From the NCBI GenBank assembly GCA_002104945.1, contig MCFH01000047.1, positions 248,001-312,000 on the forward strand: a stretch of DNA of 64,000 nt. The letters are read 5' to 3'. The position numbers and the translations under genes are program-made. Source of the DNA: Piromyces finnis finn (lineage: Eukaryota > Fungi > Neocallimastigomycota). This document shows, piece after piece, positions 41,810-62,630 of the stretch (the stretch's first letter is position 1; each line of letters begins with the position of its first letter). The notes under the pieces were generated by a model, which did not search any database, was not told where the DNA came from, and saw only the letters and a program-made list of their open reading frames with translations.

Positions 41810-42943
41810 TTATGCTGGAAATGGTGGTGGAGGTGGAAGATCACGTCTAAACTTCCAACGTCCTTCTATTTCGTATAAATCATCATCAGTAGTAGCTCTT
41901 GGTTTTACTGGTGGAGGTGCTGGTGCAGTTTTATTTACATTATTAGCTCTCGGAGGTGGAGGTGGAGCAGCTTTACGAGCTGGTGGTGGAGGTGGTAATC
42001 CTTTAGTTCTTGATGGAACTGGTGGTGGTATACCAGCTCTTGATGGTGGTGGTGGTGGTTGATCAGCTGCTGCAGGTGGTGGTGGTAATACTCTTGCTGG
42101 TGGAGGTGGAGGATTAGAAGAACTTGTTGGTGGAACAGGTATTGTTCTGGCTGGTGGAGGTGGAGGATTAGCAGAACTTGTAGGTGGAACGGGTATTGTT
42201 CTTGCTGGTGGAGGAGGAGGATTTGCAGAACTAGTTGGTGGTAATAGAATAGTTCTGGCAGGTGGTGGAGGTGCAGTACTAGTATTATTATTTCTGAAGG
42301 TTGGTGGAAGTGGTGGTGGTGAATTAGTTGGCTTGGCTGGTGTATCACCAGTACCACCTGTTTTACGTAATTTTGGCATACCTCCGTCAAATAAACCAGC
42401 TAAACCTGGAGGACCTCCCATCATTGGCATTGGTGGAGCGCCTCCTCCAGGTCTACTACCTCCTCCGGAATTGTTTAATGAACTAATAGAGCCTGTACCT
42501 ATTAATATAGGAAACAAAGTTAAACATATTTATATAATTAATATTTGATTACATAAATAATATAAAAAAAAAAAAATTATTTTTTTAATATTTTACTTTT
42601 TCCATCAATTAAAGCAGCACTACGGTCATTCTTTTCGGATTCTTTAACCTTTCTAAGTTTTTTACCTTTTTCGATAGACTTTAATAAATCACTTCTACCT
42701 TTTGTAGAAGGAGGAGGCATACTTGCTACTGGTGGTGGTGGTGGTGGTCCTGGGACTGTATATTATAATAATTATATGAAGATAAAAGGAAATATATTTA
42801 ATATTACATACCATAATGAAATACATATTAGCTGTTGATGATTTATAATATATATTTTAAGGGGTAATTTTTTACTAAGAAAACAAAATATATTAATAAT
42901 TATTAAATCATTCATTACCTGGTGGAGGTGGTGGAGGAACCAT
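41810..42943 (-). CDS. VRP1: WASP-interacting protein / verprolin-like; 3 exons
   Basis: N-terminal polyproline, WH2 motif GRSDLLKSIEKGKKLRKV...NDRS, second motif GLAGLFDGGMPKLRK, proline-rich middle, C-terminal EGRWKF...DLPPPPPF. Confidence 0.88.
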
Positions 42944-44178
42944 TTTCAAACAATATTAAATATTTATTTATAAATTTCGAGTGCTATTAACATCCATATA
43001 AAATAAAATGATAGTTATTAATAAAAATAGTATATGCCAATTATTTATAATACAGACGAAAATTGTGTATATTTGAATATTTTCTTATTTAAAAATAAAA
43101 CAAAAAATTATTTATTTTTGAAATTTAATTTTAATCATTGTGTAATTATTAATAAAATTTATATTTGAGGTGATTGAATATAATATTCCCTTTATTATTT
43201 CTATTGTTCTATGTTTTTATTTTTTATTATTTTAATTCATTTATATATTAAAATCTGATAAAGAATGTTCAACTAATTTTTTAAAATTTTGAATATTGAT
43301 TTTTATGTAAATAAAATCCTATTTTTCTTGTAAAATAAATAATATACTATATTCTTTATAATATATTCCAAGGTTTACTTCATTGATATTTATAATGATA
43401 AAACAAATATAATGTAATTTTTTTTTTTTTTATCACTTTTTTATATCCATTTTTAAAAGAGTTTTTTTTTTTTATTGATAAATTCTTTTTTTTTTTTTTT
43501 ATCGAAACATTTCCTTTCTTTTTTCAATTATTCAAATATCATTAATGTGTAAGTGTATTCTCTTTTCCATATATATGAAATGTATTAATTGATTTTGTTT
43601 TCTCCAAGCTTTAGTTATTCATTCATTTTAATAGTAAGTTTACCTTTATTTTAAAATTTATTTTATTTTTTATTATTATAAACAATATAGTATAACTTCA
43701 ACCTTTTTATATTTTTTATTTTTATTTATTAAAAATTCCTATAATAATTAAATTTAATCTATATATATTTGGAAAATAAAATAGAAATTTTATTTAATAT
43801 TAAAATTAAATTTTAATATTTTTTTTTTAATGTTTTTCAACTTTCTATAATTCAATAGGATAGTTTAAAAGAATACCGATGAATTATAACAAGATATTAC
43901 TTTATATTTTCTCTTCGAGGAAAAGAAAATATAATTGTAATTAAATGTTTAAATTATTCTTTTTTTTTTTTTATAATAAAAAATACCTTATAATATTTAT
44001 TATTCAAAAACTTCTTTTAAAAAATTATTATTATATTAATTCATTTTTACGTAATGTAATGTATTTGATCAATACATTAATGTAATTATAAAATTACTCT
44101 TTTGAAAAAAAAAAATATAATTTTTTTCTTCAGAAATACAGTGTCTATTTCAATCTATATATAAATTAAAATTTCAAA

Positions 44179-45352
44179 ATGTCAGAGAATGCAGCTAGTA
44201 TTGTTCCAGTAGAAAAAAGAAAATTACGTGCTTGTCTTTTATGTGGTTTAATTAAGGTTATTATTCAAATGGATAAATTTAAATATATGATGAATGAAAT
44301 TTTTAAATATTTTTATAAATTAAAAAAAAAAGGCAATATAAAAACATAAAATGTGAATGACACAATTATACATAATATCCATAATAATTCAAAACTGTAT
44401 ATATTTCAAAAAAGAAAAAATATCAAGGAATGAATATAAAGCCATTTTATTGGATTATATAAAGGAGAAGGAAAAGAGAAAAAAAAAAGATACTTTATAT
44501 ATCAATAATGAATTTTAATGTAATCTATGCAATTAAACAATAATATAATTTTTATACTTTTTCTCAAAAAATAATGGAAAAATAAATTGAAATGGAATAT
44601 ATACTCTTAATTTAATTTTATGTTATAAAAAGACTAATGTTTTATTAAATACCGAAAACGTTTTTTTTTTTTTTTTTTTTTTTACACCTTACCTAATAAT
44701 ATTAACTAAAACATAATTTAATATTTTTTTTTATTAATTCAAAAGACTCAAAATCAATTCAGAGCTAATGGTTGTGATAATTGTGATGATGTTTTACATT
44801 TAAAAGGTCATTCAGCAAGAGTATTAGAATGTACTAGTCCAAATTTCTCAGGGTAAAACATCTTTTCATTTCTTTAGTAAAATATAAAATATATAATAGA
44901 TTATTATGAATGCTAATAAAAAATTTAAATAATTCACAATTTGTATTCTAAAAATTAGTTGTATAGCTATGATGCAACCAGAAAGAAGTTGGGTTGCTCG
45001 TTGGCAAAGAATTGGTATTATATTATATTTATTATTACTATTATTATTTTACAAGAATATTCAAATTAATTAATACTTTAAAATTTATGTTTAATATGGT
45101 AATTATGTATGTTGAAAATAATAGATAAATTTACTAAAGGTTTATACGCTATAAAGGTACTTGGTAAATTACCAGAAGAAATTCAAGAAGAATTAGAAGA
45201 TAAGGGAATAAAGGTAAAATTTAAAAAAAAAATAAAATTAATTACTAAAATTTATTAATTTAAAACTAACTTTTTTCTTATTTAAATAACATACCTATAA
45301 TTTTGATAAATTAAAATAGTATCAACCAAGAGATGGTAGCATGCAAGATTAA
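44179..45352 (+). CDS. SPT4: Transcription elongation factor SPT4; 5 exons
   Basis: [60 protein letters not shown]. Confidence 0.95.
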
Positions 45353-45694
45353 TCCATTATATATATATATATCTTTTAAACATTAATTTATTAATAATAA
45401 ACAATATTCACAATGCCTATTCAAATAAGTCTTTTATGAAAGAATTGTAATCTCTAATTAATATATCTTTAAAAATAATAATAAAGGAACAATAACGCTA
45501 CAATAATATTTATAATATTTATTCCAAAAAAAAAAAAAAAAAAATAACAATAATAAAAAATAAAATTATTTATATACAAAAATATGTAAATTCCACAAAT
45601 AAATTTTCTTTTTTCCATAGGATTAAAAGTTTTCCCATTTATAAAACACAAATTTCCTTTTTTTTTTTTTTAATTATATTTAGAAATATTTCTT

Positions 45695-45728
<34 letters not shown>

Positions 45729-45902
45729 TTCTATTTATGAATTAATAAAGGTTTAGTATTTAATACTTAAAAATATATACATTTAGTTATGACTTTTTTA
45801 TATATATATAATAACTCTTTTGTAATAAGTTAAATAATAGACATAAAATATTATTTAATGGTGGTGATGGGTAATTTTTCTTTTTTTTTTTTTTAATGCA
45901 AT

Positions 45903-46664
45903 TTATATTGCAAGTCCAAATACACTAACAATAACATACATTGTTTTACTGTCATATTTATATGTTGCGCTACCTATTAATCATTAAATTGTTATAAAGA
46001 AAATCATTGCACAAAATAATATATTAGAAAATAGAGAAAAGAGAAAATGTTAATTTATTTAAAAATATTTTTTTTAAAAGTGTCCATTGGTCTAATACCA
46101 TCACTAGAATTATCCCAAAAGCATGAATTAGCTGTATGTAAACCTGCACCATTTTTTTGCATAATAACGCATGTAACTTTATTGTTTATTATTATTTTTA
46201 TAATTAATATATTGACAATTTTTGAAAATTTAAAATTTATTGGAGATTTATAATTAAAAATAAAAAGTCAATTTTGTGCATTTCTAATAAAATAAAAATA
46301 ATTATTACCTAAATATTTAAAAGGCTTATTTAATTCTGAAAGCTTTTTTAAAGTTTGTTCTACAATATTTGAATTCCATTGAGCAACCTTTGCATGTTGA
46401 TAGGATTGATTTTGACATGTATTTTCAATTGACTAATGTTTTTTTTTTTTTAAAAAAAAATTATTAAAAAGTAATATAAAATATAATTGATAAAGTGATG
46501 GATAATATATATATGTATATACACATTAATACTATTTCATTTCATTATGTATTAATTAAATAATTAGGTGAAGTAAATAAAATTTAAGAATAATATTTAA
46601 TAAAAACATAAAAAAACATACTTCTTTAATAATAGCTAATACTTCTTCGACACTGAAAGCTTTC

Positions 46665-46695
<31 letters not shown>

Positions 46696-46852
46696 TTAAA
46701 TATATATTTTAATATAAATTATAAATATTATTGATTTTGTATTTTGTTCATATATCTTTAACCTATAGCTATTATTTTATTTTGAAGTTTTATAATAATA
46801 ATAATAATATAATAACGACATTTACTTCTTCAGTTCCTTGGTAAGTATCCAT
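45903..46852 (-). CDS. DYNLT1: Dynein light chain Tctex-1 type; 5 exons
   Basis: Spliced [17 protein letters not shown]...[21 protein letters not shown]...[28 protein letters not shown]...[13 protein letters not shown]. Missed by the ORF track because the exons are short. Confidence 0.94.
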
Positions 46853-47353
46853 TTTTATAAATATAATGAAAGAATTAAAAAAATTATCTATCTATATATA
46901 AACATATTTTTTATTTTACAATATTTTTATTGTGTTAGTATTTTATAACAATATAATATACGCACTTTTATGTATATTTAAATATAATTGTTGAGTAAAA
47001 CATACATACAACTTAAAGAAATGTGTTAATAATGATGAAATTTATAAAAAAAAATAAAGAATTATTTTTTAATAAATTATTTATTTATAAAAAATAATAA
47101 TAATAATAATAAATATAAAAATATATATATATATATATAAAAAAAATAAATTAAATTTTTTGTTGTTATTTCATTAAAAAAAAGTTTTTTTTATAATAAT
47201 TAATAAATATTATAAAATAAACTTTAAAAAAAAAATTTTTTTTTATTGTTATTCTGAAATGTACCATTGATTAAATTTAGATTTATTGATTTTACTAAAA
47301 TTATTCTATTTTTATTAACTTATATACTATCGATAAATAAATCTTTAAAAGAA

Positions 47354-49428
47354 ATGAGTAATTTCAATAATTTCAATTATATGAATCAAATGAATAATAA
47401 ATTTCATTTTGTACCACCTCCAAAATTACCTTCTTTAAATAATATACCCAGTAGTAGTTTAGGAGAAAGTAGTGAAAAAATAAATTCATTAACAACAACC
47501 CAAAATCCAATTCCATTCAACAATATAAATGTATTAACCTCAAATAACGTAAATAATACTTTTTATCCACAATTTGCAAATAACAGTGAAAATGAAAATA
47601 AATTTGGTAATCCAAATTTTCATGTTACAAATCCAACAAATCCACAAAATAATATGACATTTCCATTTAATTCTTATAATCAAACATACCCAACTAATAA
47701 TGTTGACAATATAAAACAAGATAATAATAAAAATAATAAAGAAAATAAAGAATCTATTAAAAATTCACAACTATCGAAATATATTGAAAAGGACAGTCAA
47801 TGGTTCAAAACTTGGTTCAATTCAAATGATAAAACTCAATGTAATACAATCAATTCTTATAAAAAAATGAAATATATGGATGTATTTAAATCTTTTTTAA
47901 AAGTATATAATGATATTCAGAAAATGAAAGATATTAAAAAGGAATTGGAAGAAAATGGCAGTGAAATACAATTAAATGAATTTAATGATAAAATTAATTC
48001 TTGCAAATTATTAAAAGTAAATATATTTTTTTTTAATAAAAATAGATACATTTAAAAAATATATTCCTCACAAATATATATACATCATAAAAACATAAAT
48101 TTTATATTATTAATATTTAAAAAAAAATAATATATATACATATATGCTATCTATATCTATAATCTATGACTATTTAATAGGAAAATATAACCACTCAACT
48201 GAAAGAATTAAATAATTCATATGCAATTTCTAATTGGAAATTTAAAAATAATAAAATTAAAAAAAAAAGAAAAGTAAGTTTAAAAAAGTTAATTACTTAA
48301 TATATGGAAATACAATTAACATATTGCTATTATTATTATTGTTCATAAAAGTTAAATAAAAAAAGAAAAATTGAATTAAAAAACAGTATTAAAAAAGAAG
48401 AAGAAGAAAGAAAAGAAAATACTATAGAAGAAGTAGATAAGAATTTAAAAATTCCAGAAAATAATACAAATATTGGAAATGAAACAAATAAAAATGATGA
48501 AAAAGGCACAGATGAGAAAAAACAGGTTAATAAATAGTATAACATTTTTTATACAAGTTGTAAAAAAAAAAAAAATTATTATATATTAATATTATTTAAA
48601 TATTGTATATTATATTTATTTATATTACAGGAATTTTTTAATATTAGTAATATTATTAAAAAACAAAAATCAGAAAAGGATCCAGATTTATTAGAATGTC
48701 AAAAGTTGATTGATATGGTTCAAAAATTACAAAAAATACGAAATATAAGACGATCAAAAGAAATAAAGAAACAAGGTTTATTATATTATGAAGATAATTC
48801 AGATTTTATAAAGATAGATGAAAGAATAGAAGAATTGAGTCAAATAATAAAACCCACCAAAGATAAAAAGAAAAAGAAAAAGAAAAATCATTCAAATAAT
48901 ATTGATACTAATAATATATCAAATGTAAATCTTCCTATTCATCAAGCTAACGATCCTTTTGTTAATATTTCTAAGAATAATTTTTCCATTTTCCTCAAAA
49001 AGAAGAAAATTTATCGTTTTACCGAAAAGAATAAAAAATTATTAAATATAAAATGTGAACCATATAGTAACGTATATGAATATTTTAATAATACTAAATT
49101 AGATATGAAATCATTGATATATATAAGGTTAGTATCTCTATAATGTTTTTAATAATATTTTTTTATCATTATTATAATTATTAACAAGCAATCCAAATAT
49201 AAACTTTTAGGAAAGAATGGGATAAATATATTGTGAAAGAAGGTGGAACCTCTATACCTCCTCACTTTGTAAAGCCAGGTATACATTTTTAATGAAAATT
49301 TACTAATAACAAATATTATTTCCATATCTTCATGTAGTCTAATTATTTATATTTATTATTTTATAAAAAAAGATCCACCAGCATCAATATATTGGTCTCA
49401 ATATTTAATTAATGGAAATAAAAAATAA
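47354..49428 (+). CDS. PDCD7: PDCD7 / U11-U12 snRNP 59-kDa-like protein; 5 exons
   Basis: Pro/Asn-rich N-terminus and Lys/Glu-rich coiled coil. The C-terminus KSLIYIRKEWDKYIV...GTSIPPHFVKPDPPASIYWSQYL resembles the PDCD7 tail (LIQIRHDWDQYLV...VPQGWVLPPLPSNDIW), recalled from memory. Confidence 0.72.
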
Positions 49429-51231
49429 AATTTGCTAACAATAGTCGACATTGATAAAAAAAAAAAAAAAAAAAAAAGAAAATGATAATAATAAAACCAT
49501 TGATAATTTTTATATCTGAAATATTTTGATTAGAATATGTAATTAACACACCGTATTCATAAAATAAATTAATGCTTTTTACCTTTATTATAAAGTTCAT
49601 TATAACTATTTATATTATAAAAAGAAATAATTGGGTTATTTTAAATAAATATATATAGTGTTATATTTTAATTTAAATAAATTGATGTTGTTATAACCTC
49701 TCTCTGGTAGAATATTATATTGGCATAATCATCAGAAATATAGTTAATCATCTTAATTCTCTTCTGTATAACACAAGTTTCATTGATAAAAATAAATTTT
49801 CTACTGAAAATCAAATTATAAAAATTGTTTTTATGATTATTAAAAAGATTTGATATAAATACAAACACTATTTATAGTATTTAGTAAAATACTTTTAAAA
49901 TATATACAATTTTTGATTGTAATTTTTTAATAATAAGTAAGTAAAATAAAAATAAAATTCAATATTTTTTTTTAATGTAAAAGAATTTAGAATTACGGTA
50001 AAGTTTTAAGATAATATAAAAATAAGGCTTAAACTATATAAAACTAACTTTTATAGTTTGTCTACAAGAAACTTCTTCAGAGTTTAAAAATTATAACTGT
50101 ATCAAATCTTAAATAATTTAATGAAATTATGTGTTTTATTATATTTTATTTTTGATTATTATTGTGAAAATAATAAACTTTTTATAATTACATTTGTACC
50201 TTTTTTTCACAATAGTTGATCTTTCAAAAAAGTATTATATAATTTATATAATGAAATAATTTTAACAGATTGAATTAGTTTTTACCAAATTATTATAATT
50301 TCAAATAGCAAGGTGCAATATACCATTACACTAATATATAAATAATAAATTACAATTTTAACTCTATATAAAAGTATTAAACATTATATACATTATATAT
50401 ATTAAAATCTTTATAAAATATTTTTTTTCTTCATTTATTCTTTTTTTTTTTTTTTTTTTTTATTTTCCCATACCATTTCAATATATATAAAAAGAAAGAA
50501 AGAAAGAAAGAAAAGAAAACCTTGAATATTATTTCTTTTTTTATATATTAAACTCTAATAAATATAAAATGTTTTAAAAAAAAAATAGAAAAATCTTATT
50601 CATATAATTTTATATTAAAAAATAATAAATATTAATTAATAGAATTATTCAATAAAAAAAAAAAAACTACTAATTTTACTAAAATTTTAAAAAGAACTTT
50701 TTTTTTCTCTTTTTTTTTTAAAAGGTCAAAAAACGAAATTAAAGTAAACGTTGATTTTTAAGGAAAATAAAAAAAAAAAAGAAGTTATATTTATTAAGAA
50801 AAGAAAAGAAAAAAAAGTAAAAAAAAAAAACCGAGTTTTAAAAAAATTAAATTTTATAATAAAAAATTAAAAGAATTAAAATACCAAAACTTTATAAAAA
50901 CAAACGAAACAAAACAAAATAATTTAGAAGAAATCAAGATTTTAAATTAATTTGTTAATAAAATTTAAAGAAGTTCTTATATTTATAAATAAGAAAAAGA
51001 AAAACAAAGGAAATCTTTACATCATACTATTATAATAACATAGTTTAAAAAAAAGGAATATTTATTATTTATCAACTATTAAATAATACACTGTCAATAA
51101 TAAAAAAAAAACATTAAAATCATATATTCAAATTTCAATCTCTCATAGAATTTCATTTGAAAGATAGTAAAAGGAGATTATTATATTTTGTTTTAAATTG
51201 TGAAAAATAATAATAAAAATAAATAAATAAA

Positions 51232-53452
51232 ATGGCATTATTATGGTCTTCAACGAAGGAAAATTTCAAGAATTGCTTGGAAATTTTTGTTGTTGGTTCA
51301 ATGAAAACCATGGGTTTTTTCCTAATGCTTCTTGTTGTTGTCTTATTTTCAATAGCATTATATGCTTATTTTTCAACCTTTTTAAAATTAGAATTAGATT
51401 TTCTTTTTGGTGAAGACTCTTCATCATCAAAAAAAGTATTTGGAATTTTCCAATCAATTTGTAGTATATATTTAGTAATTCTTATTCTCTTTAACTATTA
51501 TTATTGCTTAACAACGGATCCAGGAAGTATAAATAAGGAACAATATTTACGTTGGAAAAAAATAGATAACTATTTAAAGAAAAAACAAAACGGTACACAA
51601 AATAATCAACAACAAGATACAAATAATAATAATAATAATGAAAATAATAATGAAATTCAAAATGTTCAAGACGAACCTTCTTCTTCAACCGCCATTTCAA
51701 TAAACAATCAAACTGAACAAGAAAATATTGTTATTGATATAGAAAAGGATGAAAGACAAAAATTATTAGGAGGAGAAGATGAATTCGATGATGTATTATT
51801 ATTATTTTATATTAATTTTTATAATTGTATATATATACATGTGGGATAATTAAAATTTTATTTATTATTGTATAAAAAAAAAAAAGCTTAATATAGATGA
51901 ATGTATGGAAGAATTGGGTGATTTCCCAGATTATAGTCAAATGTTTGTATGTAAAAAATGTAAGTAAAAATACAATAAATATATATATATACATACGTAT
52001 ATATTCGATTAAAGGATAATAAATTAATATATATATGATATAATAAATATAAAAAAAGGTCAAGTTGCAAAACCACCAAGAACACATCACTGTAAAATAT
52101 GCAAAAAGTAATAAGAATAATTATTTTTAGATTCTATAATATAAATATTAATGGATTAATAAAATTATATTAACTGGATTTATCTATTTACACGGCGTTA
52201 TTATTTATCTATTAGATGTCAATCAAGAATGGATCATCATGTAAAATATATTTAAATATTTTTTTTTTTAATATTAATACAATTTATATATCATTATTTA
52301 AATAAGAATTAACAAAATCATTAACATTTCTACTTGTATTTATCCTAACCATTTATATAAAAGTGCCCTGTAAGTAGTCCTATAAATAATATTATATCTC
52401 TTAATGAAATTTATATTTAAACATATATTAAATTATATTTTTATTTCTATTATTATAGTGGGTTAATAATTGTATAGGTCATGCAAATCATAGATACTTT
52501 GTTTTATTCTTACAATATTTATTTATTGGTAATTTATACTTTGCCTTATTATCAATAATACCAATACACGATGCTTATATTAGATTTACGGTAATATATA
52601 TAAAACGTTATTTAATTTCTTTTTATTATTATTATTATTATTAAAATAAAAAAAAATGCTGTTAATTTGTTTTTATTTTAACAATATATATCCTTTTTTA
52701 AATTTTTATAAAAAAAATTAACAGGAAGGAAAAATTCCATTTTATTCCATTCAAGAATTATTCTTATTCTTTATTATGCTCTTAAATTTATCATTAATAT
52801 TTTGTGTCGGGGGTTTATACTTCTGGCATTTGTATTTATTATTAACAAGTAAGCAAAAAAAGAAAAAAATTATATATATATAGAAGAAACTAAAAAATAA
52901 AAATTATGAAACCAATTAAAAAATTTTTTTTTTCCTTTTATAGATCAAACAACAATTGAATATGGTGAAAATCAATATTATAAATCTGAAGCTAAGAAAG
53001 CAGGAAATATATATGTTAATGAATATGATTTAGGCTATAAAACAAATTTCAAAATGTTCTTTAATATTGGATTAAGAACGTAATTGTTATATATACATTT
53101 TCGAAATAAATTTAATTTTATATAATATATAAAAGAAAAAATTCCTGTTTACTAATTAATATCATATATATAAATATTATTAAAAAAAAAAAAAGTCCGT
53201 GGTGGTTAATGTTACTTCCTGTAAAAGTAAAACCATATGGTATGTCTCTAATAATACAAAATATTATTAATACAAAATTTAATTATCTAATTTTAAAAAA
53301 TAAAAAAACTTTTTTTTTTTTCATTTTTATTTTATACTTTTTATTATCAATGAAATAATTTATTATTAGGTGATGGTATTAATTTCCCATCTGTTATTGA
53401 TAATGTTGGTTTAAGACAATTACCACCAAACGCAGTACTTATCAAGCATTAA
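51232..53452 (+). CDS. DHHC-type palmitoyltransferase (ZDHHC16-like); about 10 exons
   Basis: TTDPG, CKKC...KPPRTHHCKICKKCQSRMDHH|CP|WVNNCIGHANHRYF, TNQTTIEY, multiple hydrophobic segments. Confidence 0.92.
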
Positions 53453-53859
53453 TAGAAGAAGAAAATTCAATAAAATAAAATAAAAAAAAAAAAAAAGCAA
53501 ATTATAAAAAAAAAAAAAACATAATTATTGGATAAATAATAAATATATATTATTGCCCTATCTTAATATCAATCCTATATTTATAAAAATATCAATATCA
53601 TTTAAAACTTTTTTTTTTTAAAAAAAAAAAATAAAGATTATTTATTATAAAATAGAAAATAAAAAAAAAAAAAAAATAGTAAATTTGTGTGTATATTTAT
53701 TTTAAAAGATGTCTTATAATTTTTATTGTTGTTATTTCATATGAAATATTTTTTTTTTTTTATTTTTTTTTAAAAAAAAAATATATATATATACATACAT
53801 ACATAGGAAAAAAAGAAATTTTAAATAATTAAAATGTCAAAAAAGAAGAAAAAAAAAAA

Positions 53860-53936
<77 letters not shown>

Positions 53937-54034
53937 TTGAATTAAATGCAAAGTTTTTAAAAATTATAAGGTAGTAAAAAAAAAAGTAAAAGAAAAATAA
54001 TTTTGTTTTGATTTTTTTTTTTTTTTTATCCTTT

Positions 54035-60786
<6,752 letters not shown>

Positions 60787-62630
60787 TTTTAATGTATATA
60801 TATTTTATAAACTAACAAATATAATTTGATGATTTTTGTAATTTAATGTAGAATCTTTTATGAATTGTCAAATGAAAAGTTTATCTGAAATTTAAAAAAT
60901 GAAATGAAATGACAGAAATCAATTATATTTCCAAATTTTTTAATGTATTACAAATAAAAATTAATTGATTTTTTCAATTTAAATGATAATATATGTATTC
61001 CTGTATGCCTAACAAAAAAAAAAAATGCATTAAAATATGAGTGAGGGTATAAAAAGAAAAAAAGAAAAAAAGAAATTGAAATTAATTTTTAATATCTTTA
61101 TTTATATCTTTATTTAAAAAAAGAATTAAATTTGATATTAAATTAAAGAAATGCTATATTCATCATTAATGTATATTGAAAAATTGAATTTAAAAAAAAA
61201 ACATTTAATGGTCAAACCATTTTTCATTTTTCAATGGAAAAAAATATATATATAAAATAAAATTATAGCATTGAATTTGATTTTAATAACAATTACGTAT
61301 TTTTCTTATTTTTTTTTCATAAAAACTGTATGTTTAATTATTATTACTATTTCGTTTGTTAACCAAATTTTATTTTGTCTTTAAAATTATTTCAATTATT
61401 AAAATTAAATTATTATAAATTCTTATTGAAGACATTTTTATAATTGAGAAAGCTGAAGTATTTACTTTCAATACATTATATTTATCTAAACTAATTAAAA
61501 CTATGTTTATAATTTTTTATATTCATTTCACTTTATATTATTAATGATTTATCATACATTGATTTTTTTTAAAGAAAAAAAAAATGTGACAAGATGTGTA
61601 CCAATTAAAAACGAGAAATTTTTGTAATACAATAATTATTTATTATTAATAAAAATAAATTTTATTTAATATGACTTACTATATAAACTCTTTTTTTTTC
61701 CTTTCCTTTTCCTTTCTTCTTCTTCTTAATAATATTTGTTTAATTGATAGATGGAAATGGTTCCTCACTCCTTTTTTATTAAATAAAAATTAAAAGAGTA
61801 AAAAAATCAAATTTATGGTAAATTAATTTCTAATTTATCTTTTTTTTTTATATTTGAAACAAACTCTATTTTTAAATAGATTATATATTAGAATATATTG
61901 TTATATATGATTCAATTAAAATCATATATTTTTATTATAAAAATTAATAATATACAAAATGTAACACTATGAAAATGAAGATGAAAAAAAAAAAACATTA
62001 ATAAAGTTAAAATTATACCTCCATTTTTAAGTACTTTAATACTTAAATATAATAATATTTAATCATCGATCTTTATTATATAATCGATATTAAATAAATC
62101 GTTCATTTCTTTATTTTCATATCTATATGAAAACTTTTTTTAAATCATTTCTATGAATAATCTACATAATTTGGTATATTTTATGTATATCACAATTTTA
62201 TTCACGTGTAATTTCATTTTCCTAGTTATTTTAATTAAATTAAATTAAAAAAGAAAAACATTAAATATTAATTATATTTAATCTACTCGAAATTAATAAT
62301 ATTTCTTTTTTATTAAAGTAAATTATATATACATATAAATTAAGTAATTGAAAGAAACAGGCAAAACCTTCTTCAACTATTTGTTTTATATTTATATAAA
62401 ATAAAATATATATATATATATTCCAAACATTCCTAGTAAAAAGAAAAAATGATTAAAGTATTTTTTTAAATTCAATTAATATAAATAAATAATAAATTTA
62501 TAAATAAAAAAAAATATTTAATAAAATAAAAAAAATTCACAATTCCAATTAACAATAGCAATAATAATAAAATATCTAATAAGAAAAAGAAAAAACTAAA
62601 TAAAAGAATACCATTAAAATAAAATAAAAA

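Noticed and set aside
52345-52363. TCCTAAC branch site as evidence of a U12-type intron
   Set aside because: The matching donor is GTAAAA, not RTATCCT, and the motif also fits the U2 branch consensus CTAAC.
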